The translations under genes and the position numbers were made by a program. DNA of 64,000 nt from an uncultured Candidatus Saccharibacteria bacterium (GTDB lineage: Bacteria; Patescibacteriota; Minisyncoccia; Phycocordibacterales; PCTT01), in the NCBI GenBank assembly GCA_964566505.1, contig CAZMIM010000001.1:199690-263689 (forward strand), read 5' to 3'. Below are positions 55,902 to 64,000 of this stretch, in pieces (the stretch's first letter is position 1; each line of letters begins with the position of its first letter). Under the pieces are notes generated by a model. That model was not told where the DNA came from. It was given only the letters and a program-made list of their open reading frames with translations, and ran no database searches.

Positions 55902-55946
55902 CTAGGCGTGATTTTTATTTACTTTTGTAATATAATCATCACGCAC

Positions 55947-55995
55947 ATGCAGCGGTAGCTCCAGAATATTAGATAGAGGTTAGAGCACAAGTGCT
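55947..55995 (+). pseudogene. truncated/disrupted duplicate of the tRNA-Asp 5' half
   Basis: cacatgcagcggtagctc (18 nt) and ggttagagcac repeated from the intact tRNA-Asp 90 bp downstream; the D-loop is interrupted and there is no anticodon or T-arm. Confidence 0.4.
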
Positions 55996-56036
55996 CCTAA
56001 AAAAACTATCTCATATTTTGGAGTTATCCTGCACAT

Positions 56037-56111
56037 GCAGCGGTAGCTCAATTTGGTTAGAGCACCCGCCTGTCACGCGGGAGGTTGCGGGTTCAAGTCC
56101 CGTCCGTTGCG
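56037..56111 (+). tRNA. tRNA-Asp (anticodon GUC)
   Basis: GCAGCGG/CCGUUGC acceptor, D-arm GCUCAAUUUGGUUAGAGC, anticodon stem CCCGC/GCGGG with loop CUGUCAC, T-arm GCGGGUUCAAGUCCCGU. Confidence 0.85.
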
Positions 56112-56120
56112 CATTAAACA

Positions 56121-56146
56121 AAAACCGGCATATGCCGGTTTTTGTT
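56121..56146. terminator. bidirectional terminator (aaaaccggcatatgccggttttt)
   Basis: Perfect 8-bp stem with flanking A/T runs between the tRNA cluster and rmuC. Confidence 0.6.
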
Positions 56147-57191
56147 ATTCCTCTGGTTTATTCAGTGTCTCAGTCTCTATTCCTGGTGACTCTCCTGTAA
56201 TCCGCATTACATCCTTATCAATCTTCCCTAGCTCTTTATACGCTCTGTTGTAGTGATTCACCGTTGTGCCAAGAGTGTTTCCGATCTTTCCCATATACTC
56301 TTCATATACTTTCATATGGCGCCCAAGTTCTCCTACCCTCTTTCGAATCTCTTTTGCCTGCTCCTCAATCTGCAAACTTCGCAAACCTTGTAGAACTGTT
56401 TGAAGATACGCCATGAAAGAAGTTGGAGAAACAATAATCACCTTCTTTTGCTGAAACGCGTACTCAATCAAATCCCGAGTGGATGTCTTTACTGCTCCAA
56501 CTTGGTTTATCAAAAGATCATAATAAATACCCTCTGATGGAATAAACATAAACGCAAAGTCCATTGTGTCTTCCTCTGGTCGAATATATTTTGAGGTTTC
56601 ATCAATTCTGTTTTTCAAATCCTGTTTAAACAGCTTCTCAAGTCGCTCACGCTCTGTCTTGTCGTTTGTCTCAAGAATACGGTTGTAGTTTTCAAGTGAA
56701 AACTTTGAGTCTACTGGAAGTATTTTGTTTTTATCCAAAAAGATTACCGCATCTACTATCTCACCATTTGAAAATCCATACTGCATTTGAAATCGCTCTG
56801 GTGGCAATACATTTTTAAGAACTGTCTCAAGATAATACTCACCCAGCACTCCGCGCTGTTTTGGGTTTTTCAAAATATCCTGAAGATTTTGAAGCTGGTC
56901 GGCAAATGACACCACCTGCTTGTTTGTCTCATCTAGTTTGGTGAGTCCCTCTGTTACGTCTTTGATAATTTTTGCTGATTCAGAAAACTGTGTGTGAATC
57001 GCTTTTTGCATTCGCTCTGTACTCTCCCCAAGCTTTTGATCTACTGTACGAGAAAGGTCATTGATTTGGTTTTGTATATAAAGCATTCCTTTATCATCGG
57101 TTTCATCTTTTTTGCGACCCACAAAAAACCACAAAACCCCTACGTTGAGGGCTATAAATACCAAACCAATAATAACAATAACCGTTGTCAT
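56145..57191 (-). CDS. rmuC: DNA recombination protein RmuC
   Basis: N-terminal TM, long coiled coil, conserved RmuC C-terminal domain (VIIVSPTSFMAYLQTVLQGL). Confidence 0.82.
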   Translation of the reverse strand: MTTVIVIIGLVFIALNVGVLWFFVGRKKDETDDKGMLYIQNQINDLSRTVDQKLGESTERMQKAIHTQFSESAKIIKDVTEGLTKLDETNKQVVSFADQLQNLQDILKNPKQRGVLGEYYLETVLKNVLPPERFQMQYGFSNGEIVDAVIFLDKNKILPVDSKFSLENYNRILETNDKTERERLEKLFKQDLKNRIDETSKYIRPEEDTMDFAFMFIPSEGIYYDLLINQVGAVKTSTRDLIEYAFQQKKVIIVSPTSFMAYLQTVLQGLRSLQIEEQAKEIRKRVGELGRHMKVYEEYMGKIGNTLGTTVNHYNRAYKELGKIDKDVMRITGESPGIETETLNKPEE

Positions 57192-57210
57192 ACCACTATC
57201 ATATCAGTGC

Positions 57211-59943
57211 TTATGACTTTTTCCAAAACATGAGTGAATCAAGCGTATATGCACTTTTAAATACGATATATTTTGAAACTTCAATGGTAGCAATATTAAG
57301 GAGTGCAACACCTACAAGAATCAAAACTTCGTAGAAATGAAGTGTTGTGAGCTGAAGCAATGCACGAAGTGGCGCGAGAGTAAGAGCCACAAAAAGTAGA
57401 GCCAAGCTAATTAAAGATGAAAGAATAAGGAATTTATTATTAAAGAGTTTTATTTTCCAAATAGGCTGTGAAAAACTTTTCAATGAAACAATAAAGAAGA
57501 GTGCATCGAGTGAGAGTGTAACAAACATCATTGTTCGAACTTCTTCAATCGGCACACCAAAGCGCAACAGCACAAGGAAAAGCAAAAGTGTTATCACTCC
57601 AGTGATTGCACCGATAAGAGCAATCAGAGTTCGTACACTTCCATCCAGCAAATGCGCAGATGCATTTTTCTGAGGCTTTCGCTTCATTACACTATCTTCT
57701 GCTGGCTCGAAAGCGAATGCAAAGTTTAAAAGACCTCCTTCGATAATATTCACCCACAAAATCTGTGCTGGCAAAATAGGAAGCGCGACACCAAATACAA
57801 GCGCCCCCATAACCAAAAATATCTCTCCAAAACTTGTAGATACCAAGTGGGTCACAATACGCTTTAGATTATCAATAATCCTTCTTCCCTCTTTTATAGC
57901 AGCCGTAATTACGCCAAAGCTATTTTCCAAAAGCACCAAATCAGATGCTTCTTTTGCTACATCTGTTCCAGAACCCACAGCCACGCCAATATCCGCATTG
58001 AAAAGTGCAGGAGCGTCATTGATACCATCACCCGTCATTGCCACAACCTCATCATGCGCACGCAATATATTTACCACTCTAAGTTTGTGAGACGGAAGCA
58101 TTCGAGCAAATACATCACGCTCCATCACAAGATCAAAAAGTTCTTTGTCAGTCAAAGATTCTGTTTCTGCACCAAGTACAGTACGAGCCCGAGAGCGTAC
58201 TATTCCTGCCTCACGTGCAATCGCTCGTGCAGTTTCAGGGTTATCGCCAGTAGCCATTACTACCCGAGCGCCAGCCTCTTGGGCTATCTTTATTTGAGAT
58301 GGCACATCCTCACGAATAGGGTCATTGAAAGAAAGATATCCTGCAAAAACAAGGTTTTTCAACACTTTCTCATCAAGCGCTCCGTGCTCGTTTTTAGGAA
58401 TTGAGTCATATGATACATCCATATATGCCACCGCAATCATTCGAGAACCTTTTTTACTCTCTTTCTTTTGCTCACTCAAAAATGCATTTTCAATATCTTT
58501 TGTTTTGTGAACCGTATCCTCACCACGATATACATCGCCTGAAAGCGTTAGTAGCTTCTCCGGCTCTCCTGAAAGATACAGGCGATATGCTCCGTTTTTT
58601 TGATGAAGTGATGCCGCAAAGCGATTTTCAGAGCTAAAAGCCAAAAAGTCTACACGAGGTTCTTTTTGGTGCACATCAACCTGTTCAGTAAAATGCTCAA
58701 GTCCATATGTCAAAATAGCTTTCTCTATAGGGCGCCCATGAACAACTTTATGCTCTCCCCCCTTCTCGTCATATTCATCTTCAATAAATGCATCTGATGC
58801 TGCAATAGCAATACGCAATATTTCTGTATTTAAAACTTCGCTATCACCATCTTGTATGTCAGAGAAGCTAATAAAACCATTAAGCACCATCTGTGCTTGT
58901 GTTAGTGTCCCTGTTTTGTCTGTCAAAATCACAGTCGTACTCCCAAGTGTCTCTGCTGCCAAAAGGTTCCGCACAAGACCTCCTGCTTTTAGTATTCGCT
59001 CCATACCAATAGCAAGCACCACAGTCACGGCGGCAGGAAGCCCCTCGGGCACCACCGACACCGCAATTGCAATAGCTACCAAAACCATTTCCACCAAATC
59101 ACCACCCCGCAAAAGACCCAGCCCAAAAATAAGTACCGTTCCTGCCACCACTACAATAGATAGAAATCGTGCAAGTGTTTTTATATTTTTCTGTATTGGT
59201 GTCTCTACACCATCTTTCTCTATTAACTGACTCGCGATTGCGCCGATTTGTGTATCTTCACCAATATCCACTACAACACCGCGTGCAGATCCAGATACCG
59301 CAAGCGTGCCCATCCATGCCATATTTGACTGCTCTGCCACAGCTCTGTCCTCTGCAATCAGTCGTGCGTCTTTTGAAACAGGCGCCCACTCACCTGTAAG
59401 CGCTGATTCATTTACCTCAAATTCTGTCTCTTCAAGAAGTCGAATATCTGCAGGTATAGATTGCCCCGCATCAAGCTCTACCACATCACCCACCACCAAC
59501 TCACTTGCTAATATCTTTTTCTTTTTTCCTTCTCTTATAACAGTTGCATATTTTTGAACAGATGCACTAAGTCTATCGAATGCCTTTGATGCGCGACCTT
59601 CTTGAAATACCCCAATCAAAACATTTATAAGTACCGCCAAGAAAATCACTGCAGTATCAACATTGTGCCCCAAGAGAAGTGTCGCAAACCCCGCAACCAC
59701 CAATATTAAAACAAGCGGACTTTTAAATTGTGAAATAATACGCGACCACAAACCACCTCCAGTATCTGAGTCGAATTCATTTCTACCGTATCGTTTTTGG
59801 AGAGCTTCTGCCCTTTTATATGTTATTCCATTTGAAAAATCGCTTGAGAGTCGTACCTCAAGCTGTGTTTTATCAATCTGATACCACCTAACACCAATAG
59901 CTGTATGTTGTGATGTATCAGTATCAACCTTATTCATGTTCAT
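57211..59943 (-). CDS. cation-transporting P-type ATPase (P2-type, Ca2+/Mg2+-like)
   Basis: DKTGTLTQ phosphorylation motif, TGDN, VAMTGDGINDAPAL; 10-TM topology. Confidence 0.88.
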   Translation of the reverse strand: MNMNKVDTDTSQHTAIGVRWYQIDKTQLEVRLSSDFSNGITYKRAEALQKRYGRNEFDSDTGGGLWSRIISQFKSPLVLILVVAGFATLLLGHNVDTAVIFLAVLINVLIGVFQEGRASKAFDRLSASVQKYATVIREGKKKKILASELVVGDVVELDAGQSIPADIRLLEETEFEVNESALTGEWAPVSKDARLIAEDRAVAEQSNMAWMGTLAVSGSARGVVVDIGEDTQIGAIASQLIEKDGVETPIQKNIKTLARFLSIVVVAGTVLIFGLGLLRGGDLVEMVLVAIAIAVSVVPEGLPAAVTVVLAIGMERILKAGGLVRNLLAAETLGSTTVILTDKTGTLTQAQMVLNGFISFSDIQDGDSEVLNTEILRIAIAASDAFIEDEYDEKGGEHKVVHGRPIEKAILTYGLEHFTEQVDVHQKEPRVDFLAFSSENRFAASLHQKNGAYRLYLSGEPEKLLTLSGDVYRGEDTVHKTKDIENAFLSEQKKESKKGSRMIAVAYMDVSYDSIPKNEHGALDEKVLKNLVFAGYLSFNDPIREDVPSQIKIAQEAGARVVMATGDNPETARAIAREAGIVRSRARTVLGAETESLTDKELFDLVMERDVFARMLPSHKLRVVNILRAHDEVVAMTGDGINDAPALFNADIGVAVGSGTDVAKEASDLVLLENSFGVITAAIKEGRRIIDNLKRIVTHLVSTSFGEIFLVMGALVFGVALPILPAQILWVNIIEGGLLNFAFAFEPAEDSVMKRKPQKNASAHLLDGSVRTLIALIGAITGVITLLLFLVLLRFGVPIEEVRTMMFVTLSLDALFFIVSLKSFSQPIWKIKLFNNKFLILSSLISLALLFVALTLAPLRALLQLTTLHFYEVLILVGVALLNIATIEVSKYIVFKSAYTLDSLMFWKKS

Positions 59944-60676
59944 CTATTGTACTCTTCTCAAGAGATGGATTGATAATAGGCTCCTCTTTTTTTACCTCTT
60001 TTTTCTCCTCCTCTATCTCCTCTTCTTGTATGTCTTGATCTCGTGAAAATCCAAACAATGAAAATATAACAATGCTTGAAAGCACAATACCCAAAAGGTT
60101 GATCACAAAAAGAAGCAATCCTCCTGCAAAAAGATCTCGTGAAAATAATGACACTGAAATACCTACTGCCGAGAGCGGTGGCAAAAGCGACACGGTAATG
60201 GCAACACCTGGCAAAATATTTGGTGCATTTTGTTTAACCCAAGAAAATGACGCAATACCTCCTGAGAAAAATGCTACGAGAAAGAATAGAAAGTTTGGCG
60301 TTGATGATAGAAGTAACTGTTCTGTTACTTCGCGCTCGTTCACCACAAATGCAGTTACAAAAGATACTCCAAACACAACAAGTATTGCTCTCCATAATAT
60401 TTTAAGAGAGCGCATTATTGCATCCCTACTTGATGTCACAATACCCATTCCAAATGAAAGTATTGGAAATAGAATCGGAGCAATAAGCATAGCTCCTACA
60501 ATAACTATAGGGTTATCTAGAAGTAGCCCCAATGCAGAGATAAAAGCAGAGAACGAAAGAAAGATGTAGAAGTTTGCATTTGCACGACTTTCTTCTGTGA
60601 GTGTTTCGATTGTTTTTCGTCTTTGAAAAAATGATGCCCACAATACTGGCTGTGACTCTTTCTTTGTTGGTTCCAT
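59930..60676 (-). CDS. DUF389-family membrane protein
   Basis: Multi-TM protein with conserved DUF389 (TIGR00341-like) N-terminal pattern and acidic C-terminal tail. Confidence 0.5.
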   Translation of the reverse strand: MEPTKKESQPVLWASFFQRRKTIETLTEESRANANFYIFLSFSAFISALGLLLDNPIVIVGAMLIAPILFPILSFGMGIVTSSRDAIMRSLKILWRAILVVFGVSFVTAFVVNEREVTEQLLLSSTPNFLFFLVAFFSGGIASFSWVKQNAPNILPGVAITVSLLPPLSAVGISVSLFSRDLFAGGLLLFVINLLGIVLSSIVIFSLFGFSRDQDIQEEEIEEEKKEVKKEEPIINPSLEKSTIDEHE

Positions 60677-60755
60677 ATATCTCTATTATAGCGAGGAGAC
60701 TCGCTTGGCTCAAGATAATTGCAAATCAACCACCCGAGTAGTAACATATCGATAT

Positions 60756-61205
60756 ATGCATGACAAAATACAACAACAAATGCAGGACGCTCTCAAAGCG
60801 CGAGACGAGCTAAGACTCTCTGTGCTTCGAGGAATGATTTCTGCATTTACAAATGAGCTTGTGGCAACAAAAAGAACACCGCAAGAAAAGCTAGCGGATG
60901 ACGAGGTTATTGCAGTTATTACTCGACTCGCAAAGCAAAGAAAAGAGTCTATTACACAGTTTAATGCTGGAAATCGACCTGATTTAGCAGAAAAAGAAGA
61001 AAAAGAGCTCTCTATTCTCCAAGAGTACCTCCCTGAAATGATAAGTATGGATGAAATAAAGAAGGTTGTGGAAGAGAAAAAATCTTCACTTGGTGTAGAA
61101 GACAAAAGCAAAATGGGAATGCTTATGGGAGCTGTTATGGGAGAATTGAAAGGAAAAGCAGAAGGAAATGACGTAAAACAAGCTGTAGAAGAAGCTCTTT
61201 CCTAA
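60756..61205 (+). CDS. yqeY: GatB/YqeY domain protein
   Basis: MQDALKARDELRLSVLRGMISAFTNE ... helical YqeY domain; the ORF extends upstream to 60705. Confidence 0.78.
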   Translation: MHDKIQQQMQDALKARDELRLSVLRGMISAFTNELVATKRTPQEKLADDEVIAVITRLAKQRKESITQFNAGNRPDLAEKEEKELSILQEYLPEMISMDEIKKVVEEKKSSLGVEDKSKMGMLMGAVMGELKGKAEGNDVKQAVEEALS

Positions 61206-61224
61206 ATGCAAATGATTTGCATTT
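61204..61224. repeat. third copy of the 21-bp palindrome AAATGCAAATGATTTGCATTT, overlapping the yqeY stop codon
   Basis: Identical 21-mer to 5502-5522 and 36125-36145; followed by a separate terminator at 61231-61256. Confidence 0.6.
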
Positions 61225-61230
61225 GGCTGT

Positions 61231-61256
61231 CAGACCGCTCAATAGAGCGGTTTTTG
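61231..61256 (+). terminator. Rho-independent terminator (accgctcaatagagcggttttt)
   Basis: 7-bp stem plus T5. Confidence 0.55.
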
Positions 61257-61544
61257 ATTTATATATACATATACATGTGTATAACCATGTTGATAACTTT
61301 CTAATATCTAAATAATAAGTCTCTGATAACCTTAGGATATCTTTACTCCAAAAACACAAAGTCCCCACAAATGTGGGGATTTTTATGTGGATAAAATGTT
61401 TATTGAGAGCTTATTACAGAAGCTTCCTGTATCTCCCCTCCCATTTTTAGCTCTACATACTGGCTCGCAAGCACTAAAAGTGCAGACAGTGCAATAATTC
61501 CCGCAAATCCAAGTAGAAATTTAAAATAACTTTTGTTGAACATA

Positions 61545-62195
61545 TTATTTTATTGAGCTTTTAAGTGATTGTAGTTCTAAATCTTGTGGAAGCTCCTTGA
61601 TTCCAAGGTTTACAAAATCGCGTGCTTTCTTTGTATCTTTTAATACATGTTGGAAAAACTCCACAGCCTTGAAATATGTTGGGAGATATTTAGGCGCAAT
61701 CTGTTGAGCTTTATTGTAATACTCTTCTGCCTTTGTATAATCTCGCAAGTCATATGCATAAAGATCCGCCAAGTTAGCCGCTACAATAGCATTGCCAGGC
61801 TCTATGGCAAGTACGTACAACCACACTTCCTCTGCATCAGAATATGCTCCTGCATTCTTCCAATATATACCAATGTCAATCCATGCATCTGTGTTATATA
61901 TGTTTTCTTTTGCCATATTTATAACAAATTGAAGAAAATCCTTTGACTGCTTTGAAAGCTTTGATATATCGATGTTTCTGTCTAACGATGGAGCTTCAAC
62001 GCCTGAATCAGTATCCACAATAGGCACAACCTCAATAGTTTCCTCTATGTTTAGAATACCGTCTGCTACATCTTCTGTATCTTCTGTTGGGCTTTTATCT
62101 ATATCACCATCTAATGTATTCATCTGATATACAGCCCCTGCAATAATAAGAGCAAGAATAACTGCCAATATAATTATTATGTATCTATATTTCAT
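61545..62195 (-). CDS. membrane-anchored tetratricopeptide-repeat protein
   Basis: N-terminal TM; TPR-like helical repeats (AEEYYNKAQQIAPKY...). Confidence 0.6.
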   Translation of the reverse strand: MKYRYIIIILAVILALIIAGAVYQMNTLDGDIDKSPTEDTEDVADGILNIEETIEVVPIVDTDSGVEAPSLDRNIDISKLSKQSKDFLQFVINMAKENIYNTDAWIDIGIYWKNAGAYSDAEEVWLYVLAIEPGNAIVAANLADLYAYDLRDYTKAEEYYNKAQQIAPKYLPTYFKAVEFFQHVLKDTKKARDFVNLGIKELPQDLELQSLKSSIK

Positions 62196-62420
62196 CCCGT
62201 TAGTAATTATTTATTATAATCTTTTTTTTCATTTGGCGTATCTTTCTAACAATACGTAATTCATTATATCCCGTTATTTTATTGAATTACTAACGGGACG
62301 AATGATACGGCCATTATATCAACATTTCCCTCTTTGATAAGCATCCTATCAGTTTGGGAGAGTCAGACTCTCCCAAACTTAAATAAACTCGGGTACACCC
62401 TGAATAAACTCGGGTACACA

Positions 62421-62450
62421 AAAACCCCGCCGAAGCGGGGTTTTTGTTAG
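62421..62450 (-). terminator. Rho-independent terminator (aaaaccccgccgaagcggggttttt)
   Basis: GC-rich 8-bp stem with flanking A/T runs, downstream of the surface-protein gene. Confidence 0.6.
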
Positions 62451-62478
62451 TTCGAGATTACTCGCAACTAATTAAGAA

Positions 62479-64000
62479 TTAGTGTGAGAATACTCGTACC
62501 GCGAAGTCCTGTCCAACTGATGGGTATCCAGGTACTCCATAACCGTTTGTCCAGTCAAGATTGCTGTTCATAGCAGCAGTTTGAGTTGGAGTGGTTGTTG
62601 AGAACGGAGTCCAAACAAAGTTGTCTACGCTACCTGCCTCAACAGTTGACACAGTTCCCATGTTCTCTGCAAGTGATGGATATGCGCTATCCGCTCGTAG
62701 ATTAACATTGAGTGTTTCTGTGTTTGCTGCTGAAAGTCCTGAGATTGATGATGCTCGAAGAGCAAATGTCTTAGAACCTCCTGCTGGAATTCGTCGATCT
62801 ACATTTGTGTTGTCAAATGCAATTGATACAACTTGTGAGCCAGTTACACCTGCAGCTTCAGCTGCTGATGAGTTAACTGCTCCTGATGGTCCAAATAGTT
62901 GGAATCCAGTTGTTGTCGCACCTGTTGTAGCAACATCGAATTGTAGTCTTCGAAGACCAATGTCTCGTCCTGTACCTGCTGTGATCTTGATCTTGTAAAG
63001 ATCTGAACCAGCTGCAAGTGTAGTTGAAGTTGTTACATCTTCAACTGTTGGAACGCTTCGGAACACACGTAGACCATTTGTATCAGTATCTGATGAAGAT
63101 GGGCTGATAGTTGTTCCTGACGCTACTCCTGTTCCGTAGTTACCGTTGAGACCGTTGTTGTCTCCATCGTAGTTTACTTCTAGGAATGCTCCGAATGCTC
63201 CTGATGCTGAGTTAGCATTTTGTCCTGCGAGATCACCCTTAATAGTGATTGTCTCGAATTCACCTGCCTCAACTGTCACTGGTGTTGATAGTGTTGTTGT
63301 AGCATTGTCGGCGTTTGTACCAACAAAGTTTGCTTCTCCAACCTTAACACCGTCGTGCCATAGAGTCACCTTCTGATCTACAAGATCTGTTGGTGAGTTT
63401 GAAGCTGTGTTTCCAAGTGCAAGTGCAAGTTGCTTAATCTGCACATCCTCTGCAGTTCCTGCCTCAAATCGAAGAGCAGCAAGTGTAACACCTGTTGTTC
63501 CCGCTTGTGCAATTGTGTAAAGGATTGATGTGTCTGCTGACACTGTGTAAGAACCTCCTGTTGCTGATGTCATAGCCTGTCCTGATGATGTTGACCATGT
63601 CTCAGTAATAGTTGTTCCTGAAGATACTCCTGAAGCTGCTGAGTATGATGACGCATTGTCATCATTTCCAAATGTGAAGCTTCCTGAAGTAGCTGATGTT
63701 GACACGTCACATGTAAGTGAAAGAGTCTTCGCTGTTCCCTTAGGAACTGTGATTCCTGTTCCATCAAATGTGAATGTGATGTCTTCTCCAGTTGAGTGAC
63801 TTGATGCAGGATTAACAATGTTTGATCCTGTTGTCACTGCTGTTGATCCGTCCCATAGCTGACATCCTGTTAGGTATGTCGCAACGTTTGTTGAGTATGA
63901 GAGTTTTGCTGGGAATGATGTTACCCGTAGATCTTCTCCTGAAGATGTTGCATCGAATACGTATCGAGCAAACTCAAAGTCTTGTGCTCCTGCGATCACA
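62479..64000 (-). CDS. large Thr/Ser/Gly/Ala/Val-rich secreted or cell-surface protein, C-terminal part (the gene continues past the window end)
   Basis: ORF open to the window edge; low-complexity beta-rich composition typical of S-layer/adhesin-like proteins. Confidence 0.5.
   Translation of the reverse strand, partial: VIAGAQDFEFARYVFDATSSGEDLRVTSFPAKLSYSTNVATYLTGCQLWDGSTAVTTGSNIVNPASSHSTGEDITFTFDGTGITVPKGTAKTLSLTCDVSTSATSGSFTFGNDDNASSYSAASGVSSGTTITETWSTSSGQAMTSATGGSYTVSADTSILYTIAQAGTTGVTLAALRFEAGTAEDVQIKQLALALGNTASNSPTDLVDQKVTLWHDGVKVGEANFVGTNADNATTTLSTPVTVEAGEFETITIKGDLAGQNANSASGAFGAFLEVNYDGDNNGLNGNYGTGVASGTTISPSSSDTDTNGLRVFRSVPTVEDVTTSTTLAAGSDLYKIKITAGTGRDIGLRRLQFDVATTGATTTGFQLFGPSGAVNSSAAEAAGVTGSQVVSIAFDNTNVDRRIPAGGSKTFALRASSISGLSAANTETLNVNLRADSAYPSLAENMGTVSTVEAGSVDNFVWTPFSTTTPTQTAAMNSNLDWTNGYGVPGYPSVGQDFAVRVFSH

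Noticed and set aside
60710-61111. 133-aa minus-strand ORF opposite yqeY
   Set aside because: It fully overlaps the well-supported GatB/YqeY gene and has a Ser-rich low-complexity translation.
1-64000. CRISPR array or rRNA genes
   Set aside because: No regularly spaced direct repeats with unique spacers and no rRNA-like conserved blocks were found. The repeats present are MITE copies, palindromes and tRNA fragments.

Overview
This is a low-GC (roughly 38-40%) bacterial chromosomal segment with compact, mostly minus-strand genes, six tRNAs and a reduced core metabolism. It has split transketolase, short pheS/pheT, a class II FBA and many small membrane proteins, which by inference fits a Patescibacteria/CPR-like or similarly reduced genome. 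Both RF1 and RF2 are present, so the standard genetic code applies. Core content, in order: an RND efflux pump with its HlyD-like adaptor; CcdA plus a TlpA-like thioredoxin; gyrB; pheST; tsf-rpsB; prfA-rpmE; rplY; fba; a pfkB-family kinase; tag; pyk; a gap-rpiB-rpe-tktN-(mazG-like)-tktC pentose/glycolysis cluster; rsuA; an NDH-2; nth; VKOR; Fur-family regulator with a ZIP transporter; ftsEX; prfB; a tRNA cluster; rmuC; a Ca-type P-type ATPase; yqeY. The accessory content sits mainly at about 40.1-52.35 kb and looks like a composite genomic island next to tRNA-Gln. It comprises: (i) an XRE-HTH regulator directly upstream of a 1364-aa NACHT/STAND P-loop NTPase whose C-terminus has a PD-(D/E)xK-like motif and a lysine-rich tail, a candidate and apparently undescribed defence or abortive-infection module, (ii) a ParB-domain DNA methyltransferase, a TerS-like HTH protein, a zinc-ribbon protein and a large serine recombinase, (iii) a GC-richer copper cassette, csoR-DUF305-DUF411-copA, with a textbook CsoR operator overlapping a TATAAT box, and (iv) tRNA-Gln followed by a 30-bp partial duplicate (pseudo-tRNA) that looks like an integration scar. 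Other notable items are a previously unrecognised ~150-bp MITE-like element with ~24-bp terminal inverted repeats in three copies (two flank the pfkB-tag segment in inverted orientation; every copy abuts an ATGAA start); a ~450-nt GC-rich, highly structured non-coding region between nth and ndh (candidate novel ncRNA); a perfect 21-bp palindrome present three times, one copy exactly in the fur/ZIP divergent promoter; a family of near-identical terminator hairpins; and a truncated duplicate of the tRNA-Asp 5' end. No CRISPR array or rRNA was found.
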